A program made the position numbers and the translations under genes. Source: Anaerolineales bacterium (GTDB lineage Bacteria > Chloroflexota > Anaerolineae > Anaerolineales > UBA11579). Taken from it: 64,000 bases of DNA. Below the pieces are notes generated by a model, which saw nothing but the letters and a program-made list of their open reading frames with translations, had not been told where the DNA came from and did not search any database. This document shows positions 52,655 through 61,669 of this stretch, piece by piece (position 1 is the first letter of the stretch; every line of letters starts with the position of its first letter). Where the stretch lies: contig CP075367.1 in NCBI GenBank assembly GCA_019454165.1, positions 352 to 64,351 of the forward strand, read 5' to 3'.

Positions 52655-53947
52655 TTAGTTGCTCACTTCTTTCAGTTCAGCATCCGCCGGCGCGCTCAGA
52701 GGCATGCCCACCTTGGCCTCAAAGTCGCCGCGGAAGCGCGTAATGCTGGAGATGACCGCCTCGGTCGAGAAGTCGCCCAGCGCGCACAGGCATTTGCCCT
52801 TCACGTTGCTGGCCACATCCTGCAGCAGGATCACATCATCCCAGGTGGCCTGGTTGTGGTGAATGCGCTCGGTCAAGTGGCGCATCCAATACGTGCCTTC
52901 GCGGCACGGCGTGCACTTGCCGCACGACTCGTGCTGGAAGAAGTGCATGGTCTTGTTGATCAACCAGTCCATGCTCACGCTCTCATCCACCACAATGATG
53001 GAGGCCGAGCCCAGCATGGCGCCGACGCTCGGCACGCTTTCGTAGTCCATCGGCGTGTCCAGCGCCTTGTCATCCGCCACGATCAGGGAGGACGAGGCGC
53101 CAGCCGGCATGATAGCCTTGATCTTGCGGCCATCCGTGATGCCGCCGCCATGCGTATAGATCAGCTCGCGGAACGTGGTGCCCAGCGGCAGCTCGTAGTT
53201 GCCCGGCTTGACCACATTGCCAGACAGGCTGAATACCTTGGTGCCCGGGCTCTTCTCTGTGCCGAAGCCGCGGAACCAGTCCACACCCTTCTGCACGATC
53301 AGCGGCACATTCGCCAGCGTCTCCACATTGTTGACGATGGTCGGCTTGCCGTACAAACCAAAACTGGGCGGGAACGGCGGGCGCAACCGCGGCTGGCCCA
53401 GCTTGCCCTCCAGTGATTCGAGCAGCGCGGTCTCTTCACCGCAGATATATGCGCCGGCGCCCAGGTGGGTATAGATGCGCAGGCCGTATTCGCTGCCGAA
53501 CAAGCCATCCCCCAACAGGCCTTCGGCTTCCAGCTCAGCAATGCGTGCATCCAGGTGCGCCGCCAGTTCCCAGAACTCGCCGCGCAGGTAAATGTACGCG
53601 CTATGTGCGCCGACCGCGTAGGCGCACAGCATGACCCCTTCCAGGAACTGGAACGGGTTGCTTTCCATGATCTCGCGGTCTTTGAAGGTGCCCGGCTCCG
53701 ACTCGTCGGCGTTCACCACGACATAATGCGGCCAGGCGTTCTTATCAATGAACGACCACTTCATGCCGGTCGAGAAACCCGCACCGCCGCGGCCGCGCAG
53801 GCCAGAAGCCTTGACCATCTCGGTCACTTCGTCCGGCTGCATGCCGGTCACAGCCCGCTTGAAAGCGTCAAAGCCTTCATGTTGGCGGTAGACCGCCAGC
53901 TGGCCAATATCTTTAATATCGCGATGGCGCAGAAGGATCTCGTTCAT
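52655..53947 (-). CDS. nuoF: NADH-quinone oxidoreductase subunit F
   Basis: The start is ATG 53947 (MNEILLRH), overlapping the nuoE stop (ATGA). Motifs GRGGAGFSTGMKW and ESCGKCTPCREG are present. The longer ORF-track start at 54145 lies inside nuoE. Confidence 0.95.
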   Translation of the reverse strand: MNEILLRHRDIKDIGQLAVYRQHEGFDAFKRAVTGMQPDEVTEMVKASGLRGRGGAGFSTGMKWSFIDKNAWPHYVVVNADESEPGTFKDREIMESNPFQFLEGVMLCAYAVGAHSAYIYLRGEFWELAAHLDARIAELEAEGLLGDGLFGSEYGLRIYTHLGAGAYICGEETALLESLEGKLGQPRLRPPFPPSFGLYGKPTIVNNVETLANVPLIVQKGVDWFRGFGTEKSPGTKVFSLSGNVVKPGNYELPLGTTFRELIYTHGGGITDGRKIKAIMPAGASSSLIVADDKALDTPMDYESVPSVGAMLGSASIIVVDESVSMDWLINKTMHFFQHESCGKCTPCREGTYWMRHLTERIHHNQATWDDVILLQDVASNVKGKCLCALGDFSTEAVISSITRFRGDFEAKVGMPLSAPADAELKEVSN

Positions 53948-54447
53948 TTGGCCTCCTCCTTGCGCCAGCCGTCCACCAGGTCGATCGTGCTCTGTACGGT
54001 CTGGTTCTCGTGATAGCTGATCCCGTCGCGGCTCTGTACCTGGAACATCGGCGCCTTGTCGCACGCCGCCAGGCACATCACCGCTTCCACGGTCACCACG
54101 CCATCCTCGGTCGTCTCGCCCGGCTTGACGCCCAGGTGATCGCACACGCCTTCCAGGAACTGGTCAGCGCCGCGCAGCGCGCACGGCAGGTCGTTGCACA
54201 CCTGCAGACGGTATTTGCCGCCCGGGGTGTCGTGATATAGGGTATAGAAGCCCACGATCGAAGCGACTTCGGTAGGTGCAATGGAAAGCAGCTCGCCGAT
54301 CTGCCCCAGGTGCTCACGCGTCACATAGCCGTGCTCACGCTGGGCCACATACAGCAGCGGCATGACCGCCGAACGCTTTTGGTCCGTTGGGTACTTTGCC
54401 AGGATCTCGTCGATCTCCTGGCCGTAACGCTCACGCAGTGGGTTCAC
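53944..54447 (-). CDS. nuoE: NADH-quinone oxidoreductase subunit E
   Basis: 167 aa. The 2Fe-2S ligands are CNDLPCALRG and CLAACDKAP. Confidence 0.95.
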   Translation of the reverse strand: MNPLRERYGQEIDEILAKYPTDQKRSAVMPLLYVAQREHGYVTREHLGQIGELLSIAPTEVASIVGFYTLYHDTPGGKYRLQVCNDLPCALRGADQFLEGVCDHLGVKPGETTEDGVVTVEAVMCLAACDKAPMFQVQSRDGISYHENQTVQSTIDLVDGWRKEEAK

Positions 54448-55676
54448 CGGTCAGTATCTCCCAGTACGATGTCAATGCTGCCGATGATCGCCACCAGGTC
54501 TGCCACATAGCAGCCTTTGGAGATCTTGGGCAGGATCTGCAGGTTTACGAACGACGGGGTGCGCCAGTGGCAGCGGTACGGCTTGGGGCCGCCGTCACCC
54601 TCCAGCAACACGCCCAGCTCGCCACGCGGCGATTCCACCGGCATATAGATGGAATTCTTGGGCGCCGGGAAGCCTTCGGTCCACAATTTAAAATGGTGGA
54701 TCACCGCTTCCATGCTCTCACCCAGTTCCGCACGCGGCGGTGGCACGAACTTGCGATTGTTGCTGCGCACCGCGCCGCCCGGCAGCTTGTCCAGCGCCTG
54801 GCGCACGATCTTCAGCGATTCGCGGAACTCACGCATGCGCACGCGGTAGCGGGCATACACATCCCCCGCATCCTCGGTGCACACCTCAAAGTCATATTGC
54901 TCGTAGCCGCTGTACGGCTCTTCCTTGCGCAGGTCATACGCGATCCCGGAGCCGCGCAACGAGGGGCCAGTGATACCCCAGGCAATGCCTTCTTCGGCGG
55001 TGTAGATGCCAATGCCCTTGGTGCGGTCGAGGAAGATGGGGTTCTTGTCCAGCAAACCCTCGTACAGATCTACTTCAGCCGGGAAGCTGTCAATGAACGC
55101 CCGCACCGCCGGCACAAACTCAGCGGGCACATCCCGCCACAGACCGCCGGGGCGGAAGTACGTCGTCATCATGCGCTGGCCGGCGCACATCTCCATAATG
55201 TCGAGAATGCGCTCGCGCTGGTTCAGGCAATAGAAGAACATCGACATCGCCGCCAGGTCAAGCGCATGCGTGCCCAGCCACACCAGGTGCGAGGCAATGC
55301 GCTGCAGCTCGGCGAAGATCACGCGGATGGCCTGAGCGCGCTCGGGTACATCCAGATCCACCAGCTTCTCCACTGCCAGGCAGTAGGCCAGGTTGTTGCC
55401 CATGGTGTTGAGGTAGTCTAGGCGGTCGGTCATCACCTCCGCCTTCTCATACGTCTTGGCTTCCATGTTCTTTTCGATGCCGGTGTGCAGGAAGCCAATA
55501 TCGGGGATGCAGTTCACCACGATCTCGCCGTCAAGCTCCAGCAGCAGACGCAGCACGCCGTGCGTGCTGGGGTGCTGCGGGCCCATGTTGAGCAGCAGGG
55601 TCTCGCCGGTCTGAGCACGCTCAGAAACGAGGTGCTTCAGCTCATCGTGGGTGATTTCAAGCTGCGAGATGGTCAT
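54444..55676 (-). CDS. nuoD: NADH-quinone oxidoreductase subunit D
   Basis: 410 aa, with MGPQHPSTHGVLRL and a C-terminal DIVLGDTDR. Confidence 0.96.
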   Translation of the reverse strand: MTISQLEITHDELKHLVSERAQTGETLLLNMGPQHPSTHGVLRLLLELDGEIVVNCIPDIGFLHTGIEKNMEAKTYEKAEVMTDRLDYLNTMGNNLAYCLAVEKLVDLDVPERAQAIRVIFAELQRIASHLVWLGTHALDLAAMSMFFYCLNQRERILDIMEMCAGQRMMTTYFRPGGLWRDVPAEFVPAVRAFIDSFPAEVDLYEGLLDKNPIFLDRTKGIGIYTAEEGIAWGITGPSLRGSGIAYDLRKEEPYSGYEQYDFEVCTEDAGDVYARYRVRMREFRESLKIVRQALDKLPGGAVRSNNRKFVPPPRAELGESMEAVIHHFKLWTEGFPAPKNSIYMPVESPRGELGVLLEGDGGPKPYRCHWRTPSFVNLQILPKISKGCYVADLVAIIGSIDIVLGDTDR

Positions 55677-55679
55677 AGC

Positions 55680-56192
55680 TCAGTCCTGCGGGCGCGGCTT
55701 GCGCTGGTCGATCTCTTTGAAGTTGAAGCTGAACTGCACTTCTTCGTAGCCCAGCGGGTAATCCTTGCGCAGCGGGTGGCCCACCCAATCCGCCGGCATC
55801 AGAATACGGCGCAGGTCCGGGTGGTCGGTCACATGAATGCCGAACATGTCCCACAGCTCGCGCTCGTGCCAATTGGCATTCGGGAAGACTTCGCTCAGCG
55901 TCGGCAGCTTGGGCTCATCGCCACCCAGCGGCACGCGCACTTCCAGGCGCAGCTTCTGGGCGATGTTCTTGAACTCGTACACGGCATGGAAGCGCGGCTG
56001 GCGCTCGGGCCAGTAGTCCACCGCGCTCAGACCCGCCAGCATGTTGAAGCCGTGCGCATCGCGCAGCGTGCGCGCCGCCTCCACAATGTGCTCGACCGCC
56101 AGCGCGGCCTTGGCCTGCTCGCGGAACTCGCTGATATGTGCGCCAAACGCGCTCTGCAGCGCGTCCAGAACGGGTTGCAACTCGGCTTTCAT
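55680..56192 (-). CDS. nuoC: NADH-quinone oxidoreductase subunit C
   Basis: The start is ATG 56192 (MKAELQPV), 1 nt after the nuoB stop. It is a 30-kDa-subunit-like protein with ERELWDMFGI. Confidence 0.92.
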   Translation of the reverse strand: MKAELQPVLDALQSAFGAHISEFREQAKAALAVEHIVEAARTLRDAHGFNMLAGLSAVDYWPERQPRFHAVYEFKNIAQKLRLEVRVPLGGDEPKLPTLSEVFPNANWHERELWDMFGIHVTDHPDLRRILMPADWVGHPLRKDYPLGYEEVQFSFNFKEIDQRKPRPQD

Positions 56193-56193
56193 G

Positions 56194-56676
56194 CTACGCC
56201 CAGTCCTTGAACGTTTCGCCCTTGATCTTCTCATGCAGGGTCATGATGCCGTGAATGAGCGCCTCAGGGCGTGGCGGGCAGCCGGCCACGTACACATCTA
56301 CCGGCACGATCTCGTCCACGCCTTGCACAATGGCGTAATTATTGAAGACACCGCCACACGAAGCGCAGTCTCCCATGGAGACCACCCACTTGGGCGAAGG
56401 CATTTGGTCATACAAACGGCGCAGCACCGGGGCCATCTTGCGGCTCACCCGCCCGGCCACGATCATCAGGTCAGCCTGGCGGGGGGAAGCGCGCATCAAC
56501 TCCATGCCGAAGCGGCTGGCATCATAGTCGGCGCCTTGCGAGGCCATCATCTCGATGGCGCAGCAAGCCAGGCCGAACAGCATCGGCCACATGGCGCGCG
56601 TGCGGCTCCAGTTCACCACCTGCTCCAGCGTGGTGGTCACAATGCCCATATTGCCGAGTTTTTGCTCTAATCCCAT
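56194..56676 (-). CDS. nuoB: NADH-quinone oxidoreductase subunit B
   Basis: The N2 cluster ligands are [17 protein letters not shown] and GCPPRPE. Confidence 0.96.
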   Translation of the reverse strand: MGLEQKLGNMGIVTTTLEQVVNWSRTRAMWPMLFGLACCAIEMMASQGADYDASRFGMELMRASPRQADLMIVAGRVSRKMAPVLRRLYDQMPSPKWVVSMGDCASCGGVFNNYAIVQGVDEIVPVDVYVAGCPPRPEALIHGIMTLHEKIKGETFKDWA

Positions 56677-57023
56677 TCCAGCGCGCCTTTCTTCCAGGCG
56701 TACACATAGCCAACCAGCAGAATGGCTATGAACACAAACATCTCGATCAAGCCAAACACGCCCAACTGGCGGAACACAACCGCCCAGGGCAGGAAGAAGA
56801 CCACTTCAATATCAAAGAGAATGAACAGCACCGCGATCAGATAGAAGCGCACCGGCATGCGCCGAGTGCCCGGCCCGATGGCCTGCATACCCGATTCGTA
56901 GGGAGCCATCTTGCGGCTGTCCTGGCGGCGCGGCCCGATAATGTTGCCAATGATCACGATCAACACGGCCAGGCCGGAAGAGATGATCAGCAAAACAGCT
57001 ATGGGTAGGTAGTCTTGCAGCAT
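56667..57023 (-). CDS. nuoA: NADH-quinone oxidoreductase subunit A
   Basis: 118 aa ND3-like with 3 TM, including YESGM and [11 protein letters not shown]. Confidence 0.93.
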   Translation of the reverse strand: MLQDYLPIAVLLIISSGLAVLIVIIGNIIGPRRQDSRKMAPYESGMQAIGPGTRRMPVRFYLIAVLFILFDIEVVFFLPWAVVFRQLGVFGLIEMFVFIAILLVGYVYAWKKGALEWD

Positions 57024-57087
57024 AAGTCAATTCAATGCCCACAAAGATAAACCAGAGCGAATATTCTGATGATTGTAGGTTAAGTTC

Positions 57088-57116
57088 AGTTTATCACAAG
57101 GGTTAAAAGGTGTCAA
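57088..57116 (-). promoter_or_regulatory. candidate nuo operon promoter (TTGACA-17-TAAACT)
   Basis: On the minus strand, TTGACA (57116..57111), a 17-nt spacer, then TAAACT (57093..57088), about 65 nt upstream of nuoA in an AT-rich spacer. Confidence 0.5.
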
Positions 57117-57163
57117 ATTTCACAAACAAAATGAGGCAGACACCTACGCCAGCGTCAGAACGA

Positions 57164-59305
57164 TCAAAATTCAACCTGCTTGCCCGTCTCCAGCGACTGC
57201 AGCGCCCCGAACGCCGCCCGCGCCCCGCCGAACAGCTGCTCGTAGGGGATCGGCGCCGGCCCGCCGGCCCGCACCGCCTCCAGGAACGCCGCCACGCCGG
57301 CGCGGTGCCCCTTGTCCTGCTTGCCACGCCGCGTCGTGGTCTGGCCATCCTCGGTCAGGTCCAGCCGGCGGAAGTCGTCCAGCACCGCCACCTTGCCACC
57401 GCAGAACAGCTCCAGACGCTCCTTGGGCAGCGAGCGGTCGCCGTTCGCCAAATACGTCACCGTGCCCAGCGAGCCCTCGGCAAAGCGCAGCGTGATCTGC
57501 ACGTTGTCTTGCTTGAAGCGCTCATCATCCGGCAGCGCCTCGGCGAACACCGCGCTCGGCGCCTGGCCGACCAGATAGATCAGGAAATCAATAAAGTGGC
57601 ACGCCTCGCCCACAATGCGGCCGCCGCCCCGCTGCGGGTCATGCAACCAGTGGTATGGCGGCAGCATGCCAGCATTCACGCGGAAGTTGGCCGCTAGCGG
57701 CTGGCTGCGGCCGGCCAGGAACTGCTTGAGCTCCCGCCCCATCGGCGAGAAACGCCGGTTGAAGCCGCCAGTCAGCAGCGGGCTGTTGGCCTTCGCTACC
57801 TGGCGCTCTACCGCCGCCAGCTCTTTCTCGTTCAATGCCAGCGGCTTCTCGCAGAAGACATGCTTGCCCGCCTTTAGCGCCGCCAGCGTCTGGCTGGCGT
57901 GCAGATGATGGCGGGTCAGAATGGCGACCGCATCCACATTGCGGTCCGCCAGTATCTGCGCATCGTCACTCGAGGCATACCGGAAGCCGAAGCGCTTGCC
58001 CAGGTCTGCCGCCGGCCGCCCGCTGGAAGACGTGATCCCGACCAACTCCAGGCCGGGCAGACCGCGCACCGCCGGCAGCAGCGTGCTGCGCGCATAATTG
58101 CCCGCCCCCAGCACGCCCAGCCCGATCTTGTCCTTGCTGAACGGCTTGGCTTCAAAAGTAACCCGGCGGCGGGCCTTGCTTGGCTTGGCCGCCGTGCCCG
58201 GATAGGTAATGAGCACACCCAAAAAGGGTTTATCATTCTGGATCAATTCATAAGCCTTGGGCGCATCCTTGATCGGGAAGCGGTGGCTGATCAGCTTGCT
58301 CACATCCACCTTGCCCACCGCCATCAGGTCAACAAAAGCTTGTAAATTGCGCCCCTCGGTCCAGCGCACATACCCGATCGGGTAATCACGCCCGCCCTCT
58401 TCGTACTCAGGGTCATAGCGCCCCGGCCCATACGAGCGTGAGACGATGAAAGTCAGTTCCTTGCCATAGTAGCTGCGCCGCGGCACGTTCATGCCGACCG
58501 CACCCACCGCCACCACTGTGGCGCGGTCGCGGGCGATCTCGCCCGCCAGCTCCACCGGGTCGTTCGACTCCGTGTCGGCGCATACCAGCACCGCGTCAAA
58601 GCCGTACCCACGCGTGAATGCCGCGCTGCGTTCAGCCGCCTCTTTGCGCACCACCGCCGGTAGCCCGCGGGCCGCGGCCAGCGCTACCCGCTTGGCGTCC
58701 AGGTCGATCCCCAGCACTTCGCATCCGGCCGCGGCCGCAATGCTGGCGGCCAGTTGCCCCAGCAGCCCCATGCCGATCACCGCCACCCGCGCCCCCACTT
58801 GCACTTCGGCCAAACGGAAGCCGTGCAGGGCGATCGCGCCCAGCGTCGTGAACGCAGCCTCTTCAAAACCCAGCTTGGCGGGCAACACCGCCAGCAGGTT
58901 GCGCGGCACGCTCACATATTCGGCATGCACAGCGTAGTTACCGCCGGCGCACGCCACCCGCTGCCCTGGGCGAAAGCCCTGCGTGCCTTCGCCCAGCTCC
59001 ACAACTACTCCAGCGCTAGAATAGCCGAGCGCCATCGGTTCGCTTAGGCGGCCCAGCGCGGCCTGCGCCGTGCTCGCCAGCCCTTCACGGCGGGCCTTGT
59101 CCAGCGTCTGGCGCACCAGGTCCGGCCGCGAGCGCGCCTTGCCCAACAACGAAGCGCCGGCAAACTCCACCACCATGCGCTCCGTGCCCGCCGATACCAG
59201 CGAGGCAGCATTGCGAACCAGCACAAAGCCGGGTTGCGGGGTCGGCACAGGCACCTCAGCCAGGTGAGGGTTGCGAGCGCGCATGTTTTGCAAGAGTTGT
59301 TTCAT
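57164..59305 (-). CDS. bi-domain oxidoreductase (zinc-type alcohol dehydrogenase-like N-half fused to Gfo/Idh/MocA-like C-half)
   Basis: 713 aa. The N-half is MDR-like (VRNAASLVSAGTE, GMGLLGQLA). The C-half has a Rossmann fold, IGLGVLGAGNYARS, and a Gfo/Idh/MocA-type EKPLA motif (CEKPLALN). Confidence 0.8.
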   Translation of the reverse strand: MKQLLQNMRARNPHLAEVPVPTPQPGFVLVRNAASLVSAGTERMVVEFAGASLLGKARSRPDLVRQTLDKARREGLASTAQAALGRLSEPMALGYSSAGVVVELGEGTQGFRPGQRVACAGGNYAVHAEYVSVPRNLLAVLPAKLGFEEAAFTTLGAIALHGFRLAEVQVGARVAVIGMGLLGQLAASIAAAAGCEVLGIDLDAKRVALAAARGLPAVVRKEAAERSAAFTRGYGFDAVLVCADTESNDPVELAGEIARDRATVVAVGAVGMNVPRRSYYGKELTFIVSRSYGPGRYDPEYEEGGRDYPIGYVRWTEGRNLQAFVDLMAVGKVDVSKLISHRFPIKDAPKAYELIQNDKPFLGVLITYPGTAAKPSKARRRVTFEAKPFSKDKIGLGVLGAGNYARSTLLPAVRGLPGLELVGITSSSGRPAADLGKRFGFRYASSDDAQILADRNVDAVAILTRHHLHASQTLAALKAGKHVFCEKPLALNEKELAAVERQVAKANSPLLTGGFNRRFSPMGRELKQFLAGRSQPLAANFRVNAGMLPPYHWLHDPQRGGGRIVGEACHFIDFLIYLVGQAPSAVFAEALPDDERFKQDNVQITLRFAEGSLGTVTYLANGDRSLPKERLELFCGGKVAVLDDFRRLDLTEDGQTTTRRGKQDKGHRAGVAAFLEAVRAGGPAPIPYEQLFGGARAAFGALQSLETGKQVEF

Positions 59306-59402
59306 TAGGCTGACACTTTATAGTGGAATGAGGCATTCTACCATTCGCACTTTTAGCCCGCAGCGAGCACGAGCGTATAATCCAACTTCAACGGAGGCTC
59401 CC

Positions 59403-60506
59403 TTGGCAGACCCGCGCATCGAAAACTTTGCCCGCATCCTGGTGGACTACTCGACCAATATCCAGCCCGGCGACCGCGTCATCATCGAGACCACCACCGA
59501 GGCCATGCCTCTGGTCGTCGAAGTATTCAAGCGCGTGGTCGAGCGTGGCGGCCGCCCTCACCTCCAAATGGAATTCCCCGAGCAGCGCGCCCTCTTCCTC
59601 AGCCTGGCCACGCCGGAGCTGGCCCGCATGGAGAACGAGTTCACCGCCCTGGCCTACCGTGACTTCGAAGCCCGCATCCGTCTGTGGTCTGAGGCCAACA
59701 CCCGCGCCCTCAGCAACGTAGACCCTCAAATGCAATCCGCGGCCGCCTCGGCTTTCTCCCCCAGCCTCAAGAACCAGTTCGAGCGTTCCGCCGCCGGCAA
59801 GTTCAAATGGGTCACCAGCATCTTCCCCACCCAGGGCTACGCCATGCAAGCCGGCATGAGCCTGACCGAATATGCCGACTTTGTGTTCCGCGCCGTGCAC
59901 GCCCATGAGGCCGACCCCGTCGCCCACTGGCTCAACATCAAGCAACAGCAACAGCACTACATTGACGCCCTGACCGGGCACGACAAGATTCACCTGCGCG
60001 GCCCCAACGTGGACCTGCAGCTCTCGATCAAGGGCCGCACCTGGAAGAACTCGCACGGCATCTACAACATGCCCGACGGCGAGATCTACACCGGCCCGGT
60101 CGAGAATTCGCTCAACGGTTGGGTGCGCTACAGCTACCCCGCCATCGAAGATGGTGTCGTCGTGGAAGATATTGAGCTCAAGTTCAACGAGGGCAAAGTG
60201 GTGAGCGCAACCGCCCGCACGCAGGAGGCCTACCTGAAGCAAATGCTCGCCACGGACGAGGGCGCCAGCTACGTTGGCGAATTTGCCATCGGCCTCAATA
60301 CCGATATTGACCGCTTCACCGGCCACATCCTGCTCGACGAGAAGATCGGCGGCTCGTTCCACATGGCCCTGGGCCTCGGCTACCCGGAAACCGGCAGCCA
60401 GAACACCAGCGCCATCCATTGGGACATGATCTGCGACCTGCGCGAGGACTCAGAGATCCTTGTAGACGGCGAGGTCTTCTACAAGAACGGCAAGTTTGTG
60501 ATCTAG
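59403..60506 (+). CDS. M29 family aminopeptidase (AmpS/PepS-like)
   Basis: ADPRIENFARILVDYSTNIQPGDRV, PDGEIYTGPVE and HMALG are present. My preferred start is TTG 59403, with a GGAGG SD at 59393..59397. The ORF-track start at 59271 overlaps the divergent gene. Confidence 0.82.
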   Translation: MADPRIENFARILVDYSTNIQPGDRVIIETTTEAMPLVVEVFKRVVERGGRPHLQMEFPEQRALFLSLATPELARMENEFTALAYRDFEARIRLWSEANTRALSNVDPQMQSAAASAFSPSLKNQFERSAAGKFKWVTSIFPTQGYAMQAGMSLTEYADFVFRAVHAHEADPVAHWLNIKQQQQHYIDALTGHDKIHLRGPNVDLQLSIKGRTWKNSHGIYNMPDGEIYTGPVENSLNGWVRYSYPAIEDGVVVEDIELKFNEGKVVSATARTQEAYLKQMLATDEGASYVGEFAIGLNTDIDRFTGHILLDEKIGGSFHMALGLGYPETGSQNTSAIHWDMICDLREDSEILVDGEVFYKNGKFVI

Positions 60507-60955
60507 CCTTCGTTCGTCGCGGCCACCAACCCAGCGCCGTCCTGGCACACCTGCTGCGCCCAGCGGCGCACATCTTCACAATACTGTTCAGCTGTGCTCA
60601 TGCGCACGTCTGCCATCGTACAGTTCCATACCACCTGCTCCACCCCCGCCAGCTTCTCACCGTGCACAATGCTGGCTGCCCGATTCTGCGAATCGAAATC
60701 GCGCGAATATTTCTCACGGGCCTGCTGTGGCGCAAGCCCGTCAAACACAAACTCGCTTAGCAGTTTGTGCACTGCAAGCCACCCTGTCCGCGAATACAGG
60801 TTGTGTTGTAGATAATAGGCGGGTACGCTGAGGTGATGCACCGCGTAGTAAGCCGGGTCATCACCTTCCATAATCTGCCCTTCCCAAAAACGGTCAGAGC
60901 ACTGCGCCCCTTCAGGCACTTCGCCTCCACACTGCGGACAATTCAAATCATTCAC
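60503..60955 (-). CDS. hypothetical protein with N-terminal CxxC, possibly DUF5946-like
   Basis: 150 aa, beginning MNDLNCPQCGG. The family assignment is a weak memory-based guess. There is a 4-nt convergent overlap with the aminopeptidase. Confidence 0.4.
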   Translation of the reverse strand: MNDLNCPQCGGEVPEGAQCSDRFWEGQIMEGDDPAYYAVHHLSVPAYYLQHNLYSRTGWLAVHKLLSEFVFDGLAPQQAREKYSRDFDSQNRAASIVHGEKLAGVEQVVWNCTMADVRMSTAEQYCEDVRRWAQQVCQDGAGLVAATNEG

Positions 60956-61144
60956 CTCAGAAAAAAGGAGCGGTTAGTAGGGTGGGTGTTGAAGCTATCT
61001 TATAGATAACAGTGTAGTGGGCGGGTCTCAGACCCGCCCACTGGCTGCGAACTGACACAGCTCTCGCCACAGTGTTCATCCTCTAAGCATCAGTGTCCAT
61101 CTGTGGATTTTTATGCTTAGACGATTGCCGGCGTAGCCGGCGCA

Positions 61145-61669
61145 TCAGCCCCAGAAACCCCGCCGCAACGGCCGCGTCTCCTCACTGGTAATGAATGCGG
61201 TCTCGTCCACCGACTCCACCAGCCGCTGCACCTCATCCACTTCCTTGCGGCGCACGCTCAGGTTCAATAAGCTCACTGTGCCGTCCTTGCCGCGCGCCGG
61301 GATCTCCGTCACGCCAAAGCCCTCGGCCCGCAGCAGTTGCACCACCGCCGTGCCGCGCTTGGGGCTGACGATGCGCAGGTTGATGTAGCCGATCGCCAGG
61401 CGGTCTTCCACCCACATACCCAGCGTATTGCCCGTTGCAAACCCGGCCGAATAGCCAATGATGTTGAGCACATTGTCCAGGCCGGTAATGACCGAGCCCA
61501 GCGCCACAACAAAGATCACCGTCTCCAGAAAACCCAGCACCCAGGTAGCCACCTTGCGCCCGCGCAGCATCATCACCACCCGCAGCGTATCCAGGCTCTG
61601 GTTGATCACGCGCAGGAAGAACACCCCCAGCGCCAGCAGTATTTCCTGTTGAGTAAATGAAAATTCCAT
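61145..61669 (-). CDS. UPF0316 / DUF2179-containing membrane protein
   Basis: 174 aa. It has three N-terminal TM helices and a C-terminal DUF2179-like domain (RIVSPKRGTAVVQLLRAEGFGVTEIPARGKDG). Its start overlaps the glgP stop (TGATG). Confidence 0.7.
   Translation of the reverse strand: MEFSFTQQEILLALGVFFLRVINQSLDTLRVVMMLRGRKVATWVLGFLETVIFVVALGSVITGLDNVLNIIGYSAGFATGNTLGMWVEDRLAIGYINLRIVSPKRGTAVVQLLRAEGFGVTEIPARGKDGTVSLLNLSVRRKEVDEVQRLVESVDETAFITSEETRPLRRGFWG

Noticed and set aside
53948-54145. An N-terminal 66-codon extension of nuoF in the ORF track.
   Set aside because: The extension lies wholly inside nuoE in another frame and is Arg/Gly/Asp-rich. The conserved NuoF N-terminus starts at MNEILLRH (ATG 53947), with an ATGA overlap of the nuoE stop.
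59271-59402. A long N-terminal extension of the M29 aminopeptidase overlapping the divergent oxidoreductase start.
   Set aside because: The family-conserved sequence begins at (L)ADPRIENFA. A GGAGG SD precedes TTG 59403 at ideal spacing. The extension would overlap the neighbouring gene's start and promoter.
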